DNA of 63,763 bases, filler included, from Octopus bimaculoides (Eukaryota), in the NCBI RefSeq assembly GCF_001194135.2. It is 7 parts of 6 records of this genome, joined end to end, with 100 filler letters (N's around TTAATTAATTAA, not from the genome) between each part and the next. Parts side by side here need not be neighbours in the genome. Positions count along the whole stretch, not along the records: positions 36,296 to 38,412 come from NW_026400955.1; positions 38,513 to 58,300 come from NC_068986.1; 5 more parts are not named here. One strand, written 5' to 3'. The notes beneath the pieces were generated by a model. That model had not been told where the DNA came from. It saw only the letters and a program-made list of their open reading frames with translations, and ran no database searches. A program made the position numbers and the translations under genes. Shown one piece after another: positions 36,802 through 50,799 of this stretch (positions are counted from its first letter, which is position 1; each line of letters starts with the position of its first letter).

Positions 36802-38372
36802 NNNNNNNNNNNNNNNNNNNNNNNNNNNNNNNNNNNNNNNNNNNNNNNNNNNNNNNNNNNNNNNNNNNNNNNNNNNNNNNNNNNNNNNNNNNNNNNNNNN
36901 NNNNNNNNNNNNNNNNNNNNNNNNNNNNNNNNNNNNNNNNNNNNNNNNNNNNNNNNNNNNNNNNNNNNNNNNNNNNNNNNNNNNNNNNNNNNNNNNNNNN
37001 NNNNNNNNNNNNNNNNNNNNNNNNNNNNNNNNNNNNNNNNNNNNNNNNNNNNNNNNNNNNNNNNNNNNNNNNNNNNNNNNNNNNNNNNNNNNNNNNNNNN
37101 NNNNNNNNNNNNNNNNNNNNNNNNNNNNNNNNNNNNNNNNNNNNNNNNNNNNNNNNNNNNNNNNNNNNNNNNNNNNNNNNNNNNNNNNNNNNNNNNNNNN
37201 NNNNNNNNNNNNNNNNNNNNNNNNNNNNNNNNNNNNNNNNNNNNNNNNNNNNNNNNNNNNNNNNNNNNNNNNNNNNNNNNNNNNNNNNNNNNNNNNNNNN
37301 NNNNNNNNNNNNNNNNNNNNNNNNNNNNNNNNNNNNNNNNNNNNNNNNNNNNNNNNNNNNNNNNNNNNNNNNNNNNNNNNNNNNNNNNNNNNNNNNNNNN
37401 NNNNNNNNNNNNNNNNNNNNNNNNNNNNNNNNNNNNNNNNNNNNNNNNNNNNNNNNNNNNNNNNNNNNNNNNNNNNNNNNNNNNNNNNNNNNNNNNNNNN
37501 NNNNNNNNNNNNNNNNNNNNNNNNNNNNNNNNNNNNNNNNNNNNNNNNNNNNNNNNNNNNNNNNNNNNNNNNNNNNNNNNNNNNNNNNNNNNNNNNNNNN
37601 NNNNNNNNNNNNNNNNNNNNNNNNNNNNNNNNNNNNNNNNNNNNNNNNNNNNNNNNNNNNNNNNNNNNNNNNNNNNNNNNNNNNNNNNNNNNNNNNNNNN
37701 NNNNNNNNNNNNNNNNNNNNNNNNNNNNNNNNNNNNNNNNNNNNNNNNNNNNNNNNNNNAAATAAATGAAATCATTACCATGTTTTTTATCGTTGTTGTT
37801 GTTGTCGTTGTTGTTCCTGATATTGTTGTTATTATTAATAGATATTTTTTTTATTATCATCATTTATTAATTATTGATTTTTTTTCTAAAAGTAAAAAAG
37901 CCCCACATCTTTAATAAAGAAAATAAATTGGACGACTGGACGTACTAATGAATTTTGGAACTGTTGTCGCTACTTAATCATAGAATATAATGTGTAAAAA
38001 TTGGTTATAGATCTTACGCACACACACACATACACATGCATGCATACATGCATCCATACATATACACACATGCACACAAACACGCAAAAACATTCGTACA
38101 CATATGCACATATATACACATATATACATATATACATACTTCCATGCATATGCAAACGCAGACATATACATGCAGAAGGCAGACATATACACTAACAAAG
38201 AGACAAGCAGACAAACAGGTAGAGACAGACAGACAGACAGAGAGGGGGGAGAGTGAAAGGGAGGGGGGTAAGGGACAGAGAGAGACGGATGGACGAATAC
38301 TGGGGTGGATAGAAAGAAAGAAATGTATAAATGTATGTGGGGATGTACATCTATCTACATCCTGATTTATAT

Positions 38373-38412
<40 letters not shown>

Positions 38413-38512
38413 NNNNNNNNNNNNNNNNNNNNNNNNNNNNNNNNNNNNNNNNNNNNTTAATTAATTAANNNNNNNNNNNNNNNNNNNNNNNNNNNNNNNN
38501 NNNNNNNNNNNN

Positions 38513-39400
<888 letters not shown>

Positions 39401-40024
39401 AAACAGTTTTCAGAGGATATGATTTCTTCCTAGAGGGACATGCTCATCACATTTAATGCGTCTTTGATCACTTGCAGGTTTGTTTTCTGATGTTTCCTTA
39501 TTGCTTATTTCAATCCGAAATGTTCATACCCCCTCCCCACCACCACCACCATCACCANNNNNNNNNNNNNNNNNNNNNNNNNNNNNNNNNNNNNNNNNNN
39601 NNNNNNNNNNNNNNNNNNNNNNNNNNNNNNNNNNNNNNNNNNNNNNNNNNNNNNNNNNNNNNNNNNNNNNNNNNNNNNNNNNNNNNNNNNNNNNNNNNNN
39701 NNNNNNNNNNNNNNNNNNNNNNNNNNNNNNNNNNNNNNNNNNNNATATATATATATATATATACTTATATATGCGTGTCTTGTCTTGATAAATGTGTGTA
39801 TATGTGTAATTTTACATGCATGCATTTGTGAAGATACAATATGCGTTTACGTATTCATATTGGAGAGTATATAGACGCACGAGTGTGTGAGCGAGCTAGA
39901 ATGTAAAAGCACTTGTGGTTGCGCACCATGTATGTATGTATTTATATATATTTTTTATTCTTTTGTGTTTTTTGCCCGCTCTCAGCTGGAGAGCTGCAGC
40001 CATACTAGGGCATCACTGTTATCT

Positions 40025-40810
40025 TTGCTTTCCTTTCATTACTTCAAACCTGCTCTGATATGTGGCATTTGGTGAATGAGAGAGTTTGTTGTTGCTAGCG
40101 CTACGTGTTCTGCTGTGATGTAGGTTCATCCAGAACTCTTGACAGGTGGAGATACAGTTTTGTTTTGAAGTCACCTACATCCACCCCGTGTAAGTCTCTC
40201 AAGCTCTTTTGGGTGGATATTGATGAGCTGTGGGCCCTTGAAACTCAGGTTATTGCAGTACCTTGTCCTTAATCCTGATGGCATTGTTAGGATCCTTGGC
40301 ACTATGCAGCGGCGACCAGTTCTGTTATGTATGTAACTTTAAATGCCAGTTTAAAACAAATCCTTCTAGGATTTTCCAGATGTATATCACTGCACATTAT
40401 TCCCGCCTTTGTTCTAACGAATTAAGTCTTAACTTTTTCAGACTCTCCTTGTAGCTGACATAACACATTGAGATTATCTTCTTCAACTAGCTTCGATAGA
40501 TTGCTTCGAGCACCAGAGATAATTTTTACACTGCTTAGAGATCATATTTAGGAGCAGTGGTCTAAATAGGTGAGGACAAATGTCGTCCCCACCAAAAAAA
40601 CCATCATGGTTTCCTGTTCTTTCGTTCCGAAATTTCTAAGAATCCATCCGGCCAGTTCAGTAATATGCATCTGGAAAGAGGTATCATCACTCATTTCAAA
40701 GGCCAGGTAGCACACTGATTTTGATTCAGTAATTTCCATCTATCCTTGACCAGTATATCCTGTTTGCAATTCATTCAGCTTCCTGTATTGTTAGCGCAGT
40801 GCCTGGAATG
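40025..40810 (-). pseudogene. CR1/L2-group LINE 3' fragment
   Basis: Decayed ..MSDDTSF..HI..LAGWILRNF.TK...LTYLDHCS, LEAIYRS..KKI..SY.E.LKKLRL.SLEQRR..VIYIWKILEG and RYCNNLSFKGPQL motifs. Confidence 0.8.
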
Positions 40811-40948
40811 TTCCAGCATTAAACTGCATGTGTTTATATATATATAAGGTTGAGGAGGGTATTGGATTTTCAGCACATCACACTCTTTACCACTTCATAC
40901 TAAAAATATCCGCCTATGGATATAATAATAGATTAATTTATTTTTTCT

Positions 40949-40997
40949 GTCTCCGATGAAGGGAAGTACTGGATCTTCCCAGAAACAGCTGTAAGAC
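40949..40997 (+). ncRNA. Minimal type I hammerhead motif (U4C variant)
   Basis: gtct-CCGATGA-a-gggaag/tactggat/cttccc-a-GAAA-CAGCTG-TA-agac; palindromic stem III, GUA triplet. Confidence 0.72.
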
Positions 40998-41080
40998 TCT
41001 ATCCATAAAATACTTCTCCAACCTTACCTTTACTCTCTTTATCTTTTTGTTTTTATATATTTATATATATATATATATAT

Positions 41081-41460
41081 ATTACATACAAAATTAAGAG
41101 GAAAGGCCACCAAAGTGGACTCCTATATGCTAAATATAGACGTCTATATCTAGCATATAGGAGTCCACTTTTGGTGTTCATTCCTCTTAATTTTGTATGT
41201 AATATAATTTTAATCTTCGGATTTNNNNNNNNNNTATATATATATATATATATATTACATACAAAATTAAGAGGAAAGGCCACCAAAGTGGACTCCTATA
41301 TGCTAAATATAGACGTCTATATCTAGCATATAGGAGTCCACTTTTGGTGTTCATTCCTCTTAATTTTGTATGTAATATAATTTTAATCTTCGGATTTTTA
41401 AATATGCTAAGCCACTGGTTTTAACTGATTAATATCAATTTCTACCCTCATTATTAAATT
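41081..41460 (+). mobile_element. PLE-type terminal remnant with loop-less ~120-bp palindrome (duplicated across a 10-N gap)
   Basis: Palindrome 41081-41203 centred on GACGTC; same family as 2631-2990. Confidence 0.65.
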
Positions 41461-41494
<34 letters not shown>

Positions 41495-41820
41495 GCATGG
41501 TGAATTTATGGAATGAAGTTCCATAAATCCCATCAACTTCATTAAAAATGGAGGAGACAAATTGTTAAAATTTATAAGAAGTTTAATTCTTGCAAACGAT
41601 TGTTTCGTACGTAGATATAATAATGATATAAATTAATGATTGAATCAAATTAAATTAATTAGATATCAACGTACTCTTCAGTGCAGGAAGGAAAGAAACC
41701 ATAATAGAAAGAACTTTAAAAAAAGAAATATAAAAGAAAAATTGGAACTAGGAGATTCATATTGGTATCCGTGTGAGAAAGAGATGGGGGTCATGTCGGA
41801 TATTTAACCATGTATATGTG

Positions 41821-41866
<46 letters not shown>

Positions 41867-41984
41867 TGTGTGTGTGTGTGTGTACACGTGTATGCCTGTG
41901 TGTTTGCATGTATGTATGTATGCATGTATGTAACTTCTAGCTTTTNNNNNNNNNNGTATGTAACTTCTAGTTTTTAATTATTAG

Positions 41985-42510
41985 AAATCTTCCACTGAGG
42001 AAGGAGCCGGTTTCCAACAAAGATACTTGGTTCCATCTTTGGGATGTAGTTAACACAGACAAATTCATATTTGGAACTTGAGAAAAGTCTTGCATATTTT
42101 TACTGTTCCATTCACAGAGTGCACTTGTAATGCACGAATTAGCCGTTCGATTTCTCTTTCTTGAAATCTCAGTTTATCCAGATTCTCCTTTAATCATTTA
42201 CTAACAAAACCTAGTGCTCCAATTATTATTGGTATGAATATGAATTCGTAGTCTGGATATAGAAGCTGGAGTTTTTGAAGTAGTTGTCCATAGCTGACTT
42301 CTATGATGGAACATACCTTTGCCCCTCTGTCCCAAACATCAATATCCGGCCTGTTATGTTTACACTTGACAGACTTTTTGATGGGAAAATTCCACCAGCA
42401 TTCCTTGAGTTGGTATTTATAAATGTATTCCATAACAGAAGGATTTTCTAAGTTTATTTCAAGACAGTCTTTTTGCGGATGGCATTGTAAATTGTTTTAG
42501 CGACATCATA
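41985..42510 (-). pseudogene. R4/Dong-type LINE 3' fragment, same family as 5480-6900
   Basis: HDVAKTIYNAIR, WWNFPIKKSVKCKHNRPDIDVWD, LYPDYEF.FIPIIIGALG and VKICKTFLKF motifs. Confidence 0.85.
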
Positions 42511-42530
42511 TGCGTGTATGTATGCATGCA

Positions 42531-42564
<34 letters not shown>

Positions 42565-42963
42565 CATGCATGCATGTATGTATGTAGGTATGTTTGTAGG
42601 TAAGTGTGCACGCATGTATGTATGTATATAAGCGTGCATGCATGTATTTATGTATACATAAATTTATAGGAGAAACGGGAAATAAATATAAACAGCAGTA
42701 TTTATGAAGGAAGAAGAAACATGAAACGCTCGATGCTTTTAATGAACTCTTGTTTTTGGTTGGATTCTATCTCTCTCAGAATGTCTCTTTTATAACTCAT
42801 TTCACTGACTGTATTCAAATTTTTTCAAGTTTTGTTTCGTGTATTCCTTTTTATTTTTTATCATTGTTTTCTTTTACCTTTTGGATTTTCTTTCTGTTTT
42901 TTCATTACAAGAACCTTCTAGTTCTTATTGGCGATATATTCAATTTTTGTCACATCAATCCCA

Positions 42964-43008
<45 letters not shown>

Positions 43009-43287
43009 NNNNNNNNNNNNNNNNNNNNNNNNNNNNNNNNNNNNNNNNNNNNNNNNNNNNNNNNNNNNNNNNNNNNNNNNNNNNNNNNNNNNNNNNNNNN
43101 NNNNNNNNNNNNNNNNNNNNNNNNNNNNNNNNNNNNNNNNNNNNNNNNNNNNNNNNNNNNNNNNNNNNNNNNNNNNNNNNNNNNNNNNNNNNNNNNNNNN
43201 NNNNNNNNNNNNNNNNNNNNNNNNNNNNNNNNNNNNNNNNNNNNNNNNNNNNNNNNNNNNNTATATATATATATATATATATATGTA

Positions 43288-44086
43288 CGAGGTGGTATCA
43301 AAAAGTTCCCGGGATAGTTCTGTAGCACGCCAACAGATGGCAGCACTCGGTTGCGTGCGCAGTGAAAGCAAGCTGTGACCTTCGTGAGGCAGTGTGCCGA
43401 GTGACATTGCTGTGTTTACTTCGCAAGTTGTGGAATTTGCGGGGTTTTTTTGTGATCATGTGTATGTTGTAGTCTGCGATTTTTGTTATGGACAAGAAAT
43501 TGAAACAAAGAGCCAACAGGAAATTTTGCGTTAAACATGGGAAATCTGCTACAAAGACATTGAGTATGTTTCGGCATGCTTACGGTGGCGAGGCAATGAG
43601 TCATACGCAATGTTTCGAGTGGTACGGGCGCACGACAGAGCCGCAACTCAATCAAGACATCCGCGGTATTGTACATGGAGAATTCGGCGAAAGCTACCGA
43701 ATCTGTGAAGTGCGTAGAATTGGATTCATCATGATGACAATGCACCCTGTCAACAAGCTCACTTCACTAGTGAGTTCTCATCAAAAACAACATTGTATCG
43801 TTTGCGCATCCGCCCTATTCGCCAGATTTAACACCTGCAGACCTCAATCTCTTCTCGAAGATGAAAATGCAGCGCAAGGGTCGCCGTTTTAACAACGTTA
43901 TTGTGATAAAGAGCTAACCGCAGAAAGTCTTCGACTCGCTTACGGAAAACGACTTCCACACCAGATTCCAAAAGTGGCGGGAACGCTGGAACCAGTGTAT
44001 TGCTGTGAAAGAAGACTATTTCGAAAGAGATGACGTTAAAACTTGGGGAAATAAGTAATGTTTTATTAAACATAACTAGTCCGGGA
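43288..44086 (+). mobile_element. Internally deleted mariner element
   Basis: TA plus left TIR cgaggtggtatcaaaaagttcccggga; MDKKLKQRANRKFCVKHGKSAT..CFEWY HTH; deletion near 43630; PYSPDL-like and RFQKWRERWNQCI C-terminus; right TIR only partial (aactagtccggga). Confidence 0.88.
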
Positions 44087-44149
44087 GGAGCAGTAGTCTT
44101 GCTGAAGAGGTTAATATATAGCTAGCTCACCTGAAGAGAGAAAGAAAGA

Positions 44150-44542
44150 ACTGCCAGGTTTGGGTTGTTGGCACTCCGTCGCTTACGACGTCGAGAGTTC
44201 AACGACGACAACGGAACAGCCTGCTCGTGAAATTAACGTGCAAGTGGCTGAGCACTCCACAGACACGTGTACCCTTAACGTAGTTCTCGGGGATATTCAG
44301 CGTGACACAGTGTGACAAGGCTGACCCTTTGAATTACAGGTACAACAGAAACAGGAAGTAAGAGTGAGAGAAAGTTGTGGTGGAAGAGTACAGCAGGGTT
44401 CACCACCATACCCTGCTGGAGCGTCGTGGAGCTTTAGGTGTTTTCGCTCAATAAGCACTCACAACGCCCGGTCTGGGAATCGAAACCGCGATCCTACGAC
44501 CGCGAGTCCGCTGCCCTAACCACTGGGCCATTGCTCCTCCAC
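44150..44542 (-). mobile_element. tRNA-derived SINE, family C
   Basis: Minus-strand head gtggaggagcaatggcccagtggttagggcagcggactc..ggtttcgattccc with A and B boxes. Confidence 0.85.
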
Positions 44543-44931
44543 GCAGGTTTGGGTACAGCATGAATATAATACAGAATAGAATAGAATAGCAGACAAGATG
44601 GTTGTGTAAGTAAGTGTACGGAGTAAAAATAATGTGATAGACAGTTAAAGAGAGGGAATGAGTTGGACGCGGAAGACATCAGTTCAGTTTCGGGGTGGGT
44701 GAAGGAAATAGGGTAACATAGACGATTGATGGAAGGGTAAGGGTCAGGAGGGGATTTGTGGGGGAAGGCTTGAAAGGACCTCAATCCTGTTGAGATGGAC
44801 AGGCGGGTCTTCTCAAGTACAGTATATCGCCATTCATCGGGGATACCCCCGTCATCGTCTCTGAGAGGCTCAGTGTCATGGACATTCTTCAACACTTCAT
44901 CCTGCGTTTCCCAACGTATATACATGTATAC

Positions 44932-44970
<39 letters not shown>

Positions 44971-45019
44971 TGTGTGTGTGTACAGTAAATATGTATATGT
45001 ATATATAGGTGCATACATG

Positions 45020-45059
<40 letters not shown>

Positions 45060-45215
45060 TGTCGTCGTCGTCGTCGTTTAACGTCCGCTTTCCATGTTAG
45101 CATGGGTTGGACGATTTTACTGAGGACTGGTGGACCAGGAGGCGACACCAGGCTCCAATCTGATCTGGCAGAGTTTCTACAGCTGGATGCCCTTCCTAAC
45201 GCCAACTCGTGTGTA
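45020..45215 (-). mobile_element. RTE-type 3' tail fragment with (ATG)n tail
   Basis: tttaacgtccgctttccatg...ggatgcccttcctaacgccaac motif next to a (CAT)n tract. Confidence 0.65.
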
Positions 45216-45239
45216 CGTGTGTAATTAGGATCAGTCACT

Positions 45240-45420
45240 GCGTGAAAGCCTATCATAAACTCATATGACAAGCTTCCACAGTTTCCGTCTTTTCATTCTC
45301 ATTCACAAGGCTTTGATTGATCAAAGAGTATTGTAAAAGACACTTTCCCTAAGACGCCCCAGAAAGGGATCGAACCCGGTATACCATGATTGCGAATTGA
45401 ACTTCTTAAACGTTCGGCCT
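45240..45420 (-). mobile_element. Degenerate SINE family B fragment
   Basis: cacagtttccgtct..cacaaggctttg..gggatcgaacccgg match family B. Confidence 0.6.
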
Positions 45421-46744
45421 TCCTGCACAAATAAACTATCATGCATACGCACATAGACACAGACTCACACGCGCGTACGCACTTGCATACTCACACATAT
45501 ATGCACACGCATATTCACAAAGCAGTGTTACCTTCACGTGTCAAGGAACCTAGCCGATAGAAATAGCAATCAAATCCCTCTAAATCCCCACCACCTAGAT
45601 CTTAATCTGACCACCCACACCACTACAGCCACCACCAAATCCTCCTCCCTCCTTTATCTGACTCTGAGTACAACCATCACCATTACATTGTACAAGCACC
45701 AAATCCCCACCTCCTGATTCTATCTACCACCACCACCATCACCATCCTTACATAACACAACAGGCAACTCCGCCACCAATCACTACCGTCCGTACCACAT
45801 CATCGCCATCATTACTGCCCTGTCGATGTCTACCACCATCATCAGTACAGACCCCCACCAAACCCCCGCCATTACCGTACTACCATCCATCGTTCACTTA
45901 TCGAAGACCACCACCGTTACCACAACCACAACACCAGCAACATTGGCCATCATTAACAATAGCCATCAAATCAACAACAACAAAAACTACTGCTGCAAAG
46001 AACTGCTGCAACAACAAACACAAACAAATGCAACAAAAACAATGACAAGAAAAACTATAGTAACAACAATAGTAACAACAAAAACAGCAAAATCTTCTGT
46101 AACAACAACAAAAACTACAATAACAACAACAACAATAACAAAGTCTACAATAATGACAACATCTTCAAGAAAAAACAACAGTAACAGCATACAAATAAAC
46201 TATGCAACCAGCCGACCAATCGTCCAGCTCTACCAGCCAGCCTATTGCATGACCAGAAGTTTCGGTAAACACAAGTAAACTAACGTAGACATTACTTTAC
46301 AACAAACCTTATTCTTTCTATTGTTGAAGTTCTTTTGATGTGAGCACAATTGCAAAAAGGCCACTATCACTGTCATTGTTTGTTGAATGAATGGCCAGAT
46401 GGAATAACCATTATAATGGCTAGCAAAAGAGAGAACAATGCAACTGATGTCTTATACAAAACAGTTGCGTTCTTTGGGTCGTTTTTTGTGGCACTGGTGT
46501 TGTAATGACAGTTTGTTGACCTTTCCCGCCCTTCAAATGTTCTATACCGCCAACCGCCATGCCCCTTACCAACGCTATCATCCCCCACCGCCACCATCAC
46601 CAACGCCACTACTTCAACTGCCACGTATTATTACATAGTTTAGTCCACCCGCCATTAACAGCCATAATATTCATTGACCGATCTGCATATCTGTGTGAGT
46701 GGCTTTGTATGTGTGTGCGTACGTCTGTATATGTGTGTCTGTGC

Positions 46745-46779
<35 letters not shown>

Positions 46780-47355
46780 TGTGTCTGTGCGTGCGTGCGT
46801 GTGTGTGTGTGTGTGTGTATGCGCGTGAATAGCTTTGTATGTGTGAGCGCATGTGTGTATTTCTCTGTGATTGTATGCGTGTCAATATGTGACTATGTAT
46901 GTGTGAACGTGATTTTGTGTATACGTTGGTGTTTCTACGATTGCATCAGTGTCATTATGTAACTATGTGAGTAAGAACGCATTTGTGCATGTGTGTGCGT
47001 GTCTATGTGTGTCGTTTCTGCGATTATATATATATGTTAATATGTAATTGTGTATGCGTGAGTGTGGTTATATTTTCATGTAAGTGTGTGTGTGTGTTTC
47101 TGTGATTGTATGTATGGGAGTATGTAACTGTGTATGTGTTTCCGTGTGTGTCTGCGTGTGTGAGTGTGTGCGTGTGTCTGTCAGTGTGTGTGTGTGTGTG
47201 CGTGTATGTGCGTGTGTCTGTCAGTGTGTTTTATTGGAGTTTTTATATGTGAATTTACTTTAGCATTTTTACTTTTTTAGTTTCTTGTTTTATTTATTTA
47301 TTGTTTCGTCCAAGATTCGAACAAGTGATCTGACTTGTGTTTGGCATTCTTTTAC

Positions 47356-47476
47356 CTGGAAATAAAAGTAATCCCTCCTCCATTACTAACAAAAAAATTA
47401 GGATAATAACAATAATGGTGAAAGAAGGACGAGGAGGCAGAGTAGCCTCTCTGTCCATTGATGGCCAACATTTTTC
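47356..47476 (-). CDS. Candidate 121-nt exon
   Basis: tcgcttacag acceptor and CCAG/gtaaaa donor; two frames open (EKCWPSMDREATLPPRPSFTIIVIILIFLLVMEEGLLLFP or GKMLAINGQRGYSASSSFFHHYCYYPNFFVSNGGGITFIS). Confidence 0.3.
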
Positions 47477-47588
47477 CTGTAAGCGATACATAATACGGAG
47501 CTAAATAAAATGAGAAGGACATAAACACAAATGAATAAATATGCATTTACATATATGTGTGCGTGTGTATATATACGTATATGTATAA

Positions 47589-47629
<41 letters not shown>

Positions 47630-47803
47630 TACAAATATATATATATACATGTATGTATATATATATGTGTGTGTTTGTGTGTGTGTGTGCGTGTATCAGT
47701 ATATGTGTGTGTTTGTATATGTATATACACAAACACATATATACATATGAACACATATATACATACATACATACATACATACATACTGCATTAATTGCAG
47801 GAG

Positions 47804-47875
<72 letters not shown>

Positions 47876-47916
47876 TGATGATGATGATGATAACCAAAAA
47901 AGAAAGGCTTTAAAAT

Positions 47917-48002
47917 GAAGAAGAAGAAGAAGAAGAAGAAGAAGAAGAAGAAGAAGAAGAAGAAGAAGAAGAAGAAGAAGAAGAAGAAGAAGAAGAAGAA
48001 AA
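47917..48002. repeat. (GAA)n microsatellite; further long (GAA)n at ~51506-51568 and ~55034-55147
   Basis: Direct inspection. Confidence 0.95.
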
Positions 48003-48487
48003 GGAGGAGCTAGCAGAGTAGACAGAGGAGGAGGGGCCAAACACTCATCGTCATCAATTGTGTAATCCATAAATAAATGCAAAAAAAAAGGAGCAAATAC
48101 AAAAAAACAAAAAGAACCTGAAAAATGAAGAAATAAGATTAACTAAATGCGTTGCTGAAGCCAACTATAGTTTCCTGGAATACAGCATGAACACCACAAC
48201 ATCGCTGTATGGAGGAGGAGTTCCAATATAGTTGCATGTCCGGTTAGAATTGCAACCATATTTACCAAAGATCACATATTACCGTCTTCAGTCTTTGTTA
48301 TATAAATCGACGAGACAATCACGGTTGGAAGGCCTTCCCTCGTACGTCTGGTATGTCAGGACTAAACTGAGGTTAAATAACTGCTACGACCATATCAGAA
48401 ATTCTACCATTAATGCTCGATATAACTCATGCCAATACTGCTACTACTGCTCTATTACCTAACTACTAGTACTACTACTACTACTAC

Positions 48488-48535
<48 letters not shown>

Positions 48536-48889
48536 GTATCAATACCAGCAGATGACAACGTTTCTCTAAAAGAAATGGAAANNNNNNNNNNNNNNNNNNN
48601 NNNNNNNNNNNNNNNNNNNNNNNNNNNNNNNNNNNNNNNNNNNNNNNNNNNNNNNNNNNNNNNNNNNNNNNNNNNNNNNNNNNNNNNNNNNNNNNNNNNN
48701 NNNNNNNNNNNNNNNNNNNNNNNNNNNNNNNNNNNNNNNNNNNNNNNNNNNNNNNNNNNNNNNNNNNNNNNNNNNNNNNNNNNNNNNNNNNNNNNNNNNN
48801 NNNNNNNNNNNNNNNNNNNNNNNNNNNNNNNNNNNNNNNNNNNNNNNNNNNNNNNNNNNNNNNNNNNNATAAAAATAAAACTACTGAAC

Positions 48890-48925
<36 letters not shown>

Positions 48926-49015
48926 CCTTATAAGACGGGTAGTCATGATGGGTATAGTGGGCTTCGTATATTTTACCCCAGTGTCACTTTGATGGAATGC
49001 ACTGCGCTCTCACTC

Positions 49016-49048
<33 letters not shown>

Positions 49049-49072
49049 CCTTTCTATTATAGACGCAAGGCC

Positions 49073-49258
49073 TGAAATTTGGGGATAGGGGTAGGTCGAT
49101 TACATCGACACCAGTGCTTCACTGGTACTTAATTTATCGACCCCCGAAAGGATGAAAGGCAAAGTCGACCTCGGCAGAATTTGAACTCAGAACGTAGCGG
49201 CAGACGAAATACCGCTAAGCATTTTCGCCCGGCGTACTAACGATTCTGCCAGCGCGCT
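49073..49258 (-). mobile_element. SINE family A copy
   Basis: gaaaggatgaaaggcaaagtcgacctcggcagaatttgaactcagaacgtagcggcagacgaaataccgctaagc. Confidence 0.9.
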
Positions 49259-49261
49259 ACC

Positions 49262-49312
<51 letters not shown>

Positions 49313-49332
49313 GTATTATCATTATCACCACC

Positions 49333-49389
<57 letters not shown>

Positions 49390-49899
49390 TCAGCTGCTAT
49401 TACTACTACTACTACTACTACTACNNNNNNNNNNACTACTACTACTACTACTACAGCTACTGCTGCTACTACTACCACTACCACCATCATTATGATCATT
49501 TATACAACTGAACTAAAACTACAACTACTACCATCATCACCATCATCATCATAACCACTGTTACTACTATTAATACTAGTACTTTTTTTAAACTGCTGCC
49601 ATTTCTGCAACTACTACTACTGCTATTACTGCCACTACAATCTCCACGTATCAGATTTCTTTTTAACCGGCGACAAGGGTCGAAGACGTTATGGAGAGTG
49701 TTAGGACGAAATACATAACCAATAGGCAAGTGGGGAGTTTATTCTGGGTTCAGCAATATCAATGAAGAACAATGGTAAAGAAATCATTGTCATCAATCCC
49801 TGAGACATGACTGTGTCGAGTCCGATGATTCATAGGACAGGTCATCTAGTTTCTACAGCATATAAGGGACAGAGATCACAACAATCCCTCTAAACAGTG

Positions 49900-50060
49900 C
49901 ACCAATCCCTCGTAGGGTTTCTCATTTGCTGTTGAATGGGCAAGGACAAGGTAAAATGAAATGTTTCGCACCAGAACGCAACAAACCTTCCGGTTCAAGA
50001 ATTGAAACCACGCCCTCATGATTGTGAGTGCAAATACCCTAACAACTTGTTCAAACACCT
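49900..50060 (-). mobile_element. Degenerate tRNA-head SINE fragment
   Basis: Reverse complement of a head similar to 50224-50330. Confidence 0.5.
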
Positions 50061-50223
50061 TCTCCAATAAAGTACAATAACAATAAAGAATTACAAAATA
50101 AAGGGGAAAAAAACAGCATTCCTTAAATGCGGACAACAACTTCAGAAAGAGATTTTTGGAGACCTGTACGCAACCCTGAATTACTGCGGCACACCGAAGA
50201 TAACTGCTTTCTTCTGTGAAGAC

Positions 50224-50330
50224 AGGTGACTTAGTGGTTAGAGTGTTCGGCATATGATTATGAGGTCGTGAGTTCAATTCCTGGAGAGGGCACCAGGTGG
50301 TGTCCTTGAGCAAGACACTTCATTTCACAT
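50224..50330 (+). mobile_element. tRNA head plus CORE-like SINE fragment
   Basis: ttagtggttagag A-box, gagttcaattcc B-box and gtgtccttgagcaagacact segment. Confidence 0.7.
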
Positions 50331-50388
50331 TGGTTACTGAAACTGAATACTAATCGATTGTTATTCCCCTCCTTCCAGTTATCACAAC

Positions 50389-50460
50389 CTTGATACTCTG
50401 CTGGTTCAAATGTGAAAGAATCGAGAAGGTGTGCATCTCTTCCCACAGCGATGTAGGCAC
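50389..50460 (-). CDS. Candidate 72-nt exon (GAYIAVGRDAHLLDSFTFEPAEYQG)
   Basis: Strong acceptor ctttctcttattgctttag and weak donor AAG/gttgtg; length divisible by 3, open. Confidence 0.33.
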
Positions 50461-50741
50461 CTAAAGCAATAAGAGAAAGTGTTGTGCAAGTTGTCAAGCC
50501 ATATTTGCTCGTGATTGGTAGCCAGCTGTATTGTACACTGCCGCCAACATACAGCTATAAAGTTAAAGTATATCGGCCTAACCATTCTCATTTCACCACC
50601 CTCAAACACACCCGGCTTTCATAAAATTTACACAGGAAGGCAGCACCACCACCCTTTCTTTTCTCGCATTCCACTTCAAGAGTTACTCAAAATTGGTGAG
50701 ACCTGAAACTGAAAAAAAAGCTTTGCTTTCAAACTTTTTAC

Positions 50742-50799
50742 CTACGCCCATCTCATAATTTTCTCTGCCGTAACCACCAAGCAAAGGCCAAACACATGG
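50742..50799 (-). CDS. Candidate 58-nt exon (PCVWPLLGGYGRENYEMGV) or MGV start exon
   Basis: ctgccctccag acceptor and TAG/gtaaaa donor; phase 1 end joins in frame to 50460. Confidence 0.28.

Noticed and set aside
41053-41400. Apparent tandem duplication of the palindrome across a 10-N gap (similar cases at 17885-18050 and 41925-41970)
   Set aside because: Identical sequence on both sides of a short placeholder gap is typical of unmerged overlapping contig ends.
46344-46624. ORFs on both strands with GPI-signal-like hydrophobic ends
   Set aside because: No convincing splice acceptor; the similar YKT motif on both strands comes from a short near-palindrome, so likely chance.
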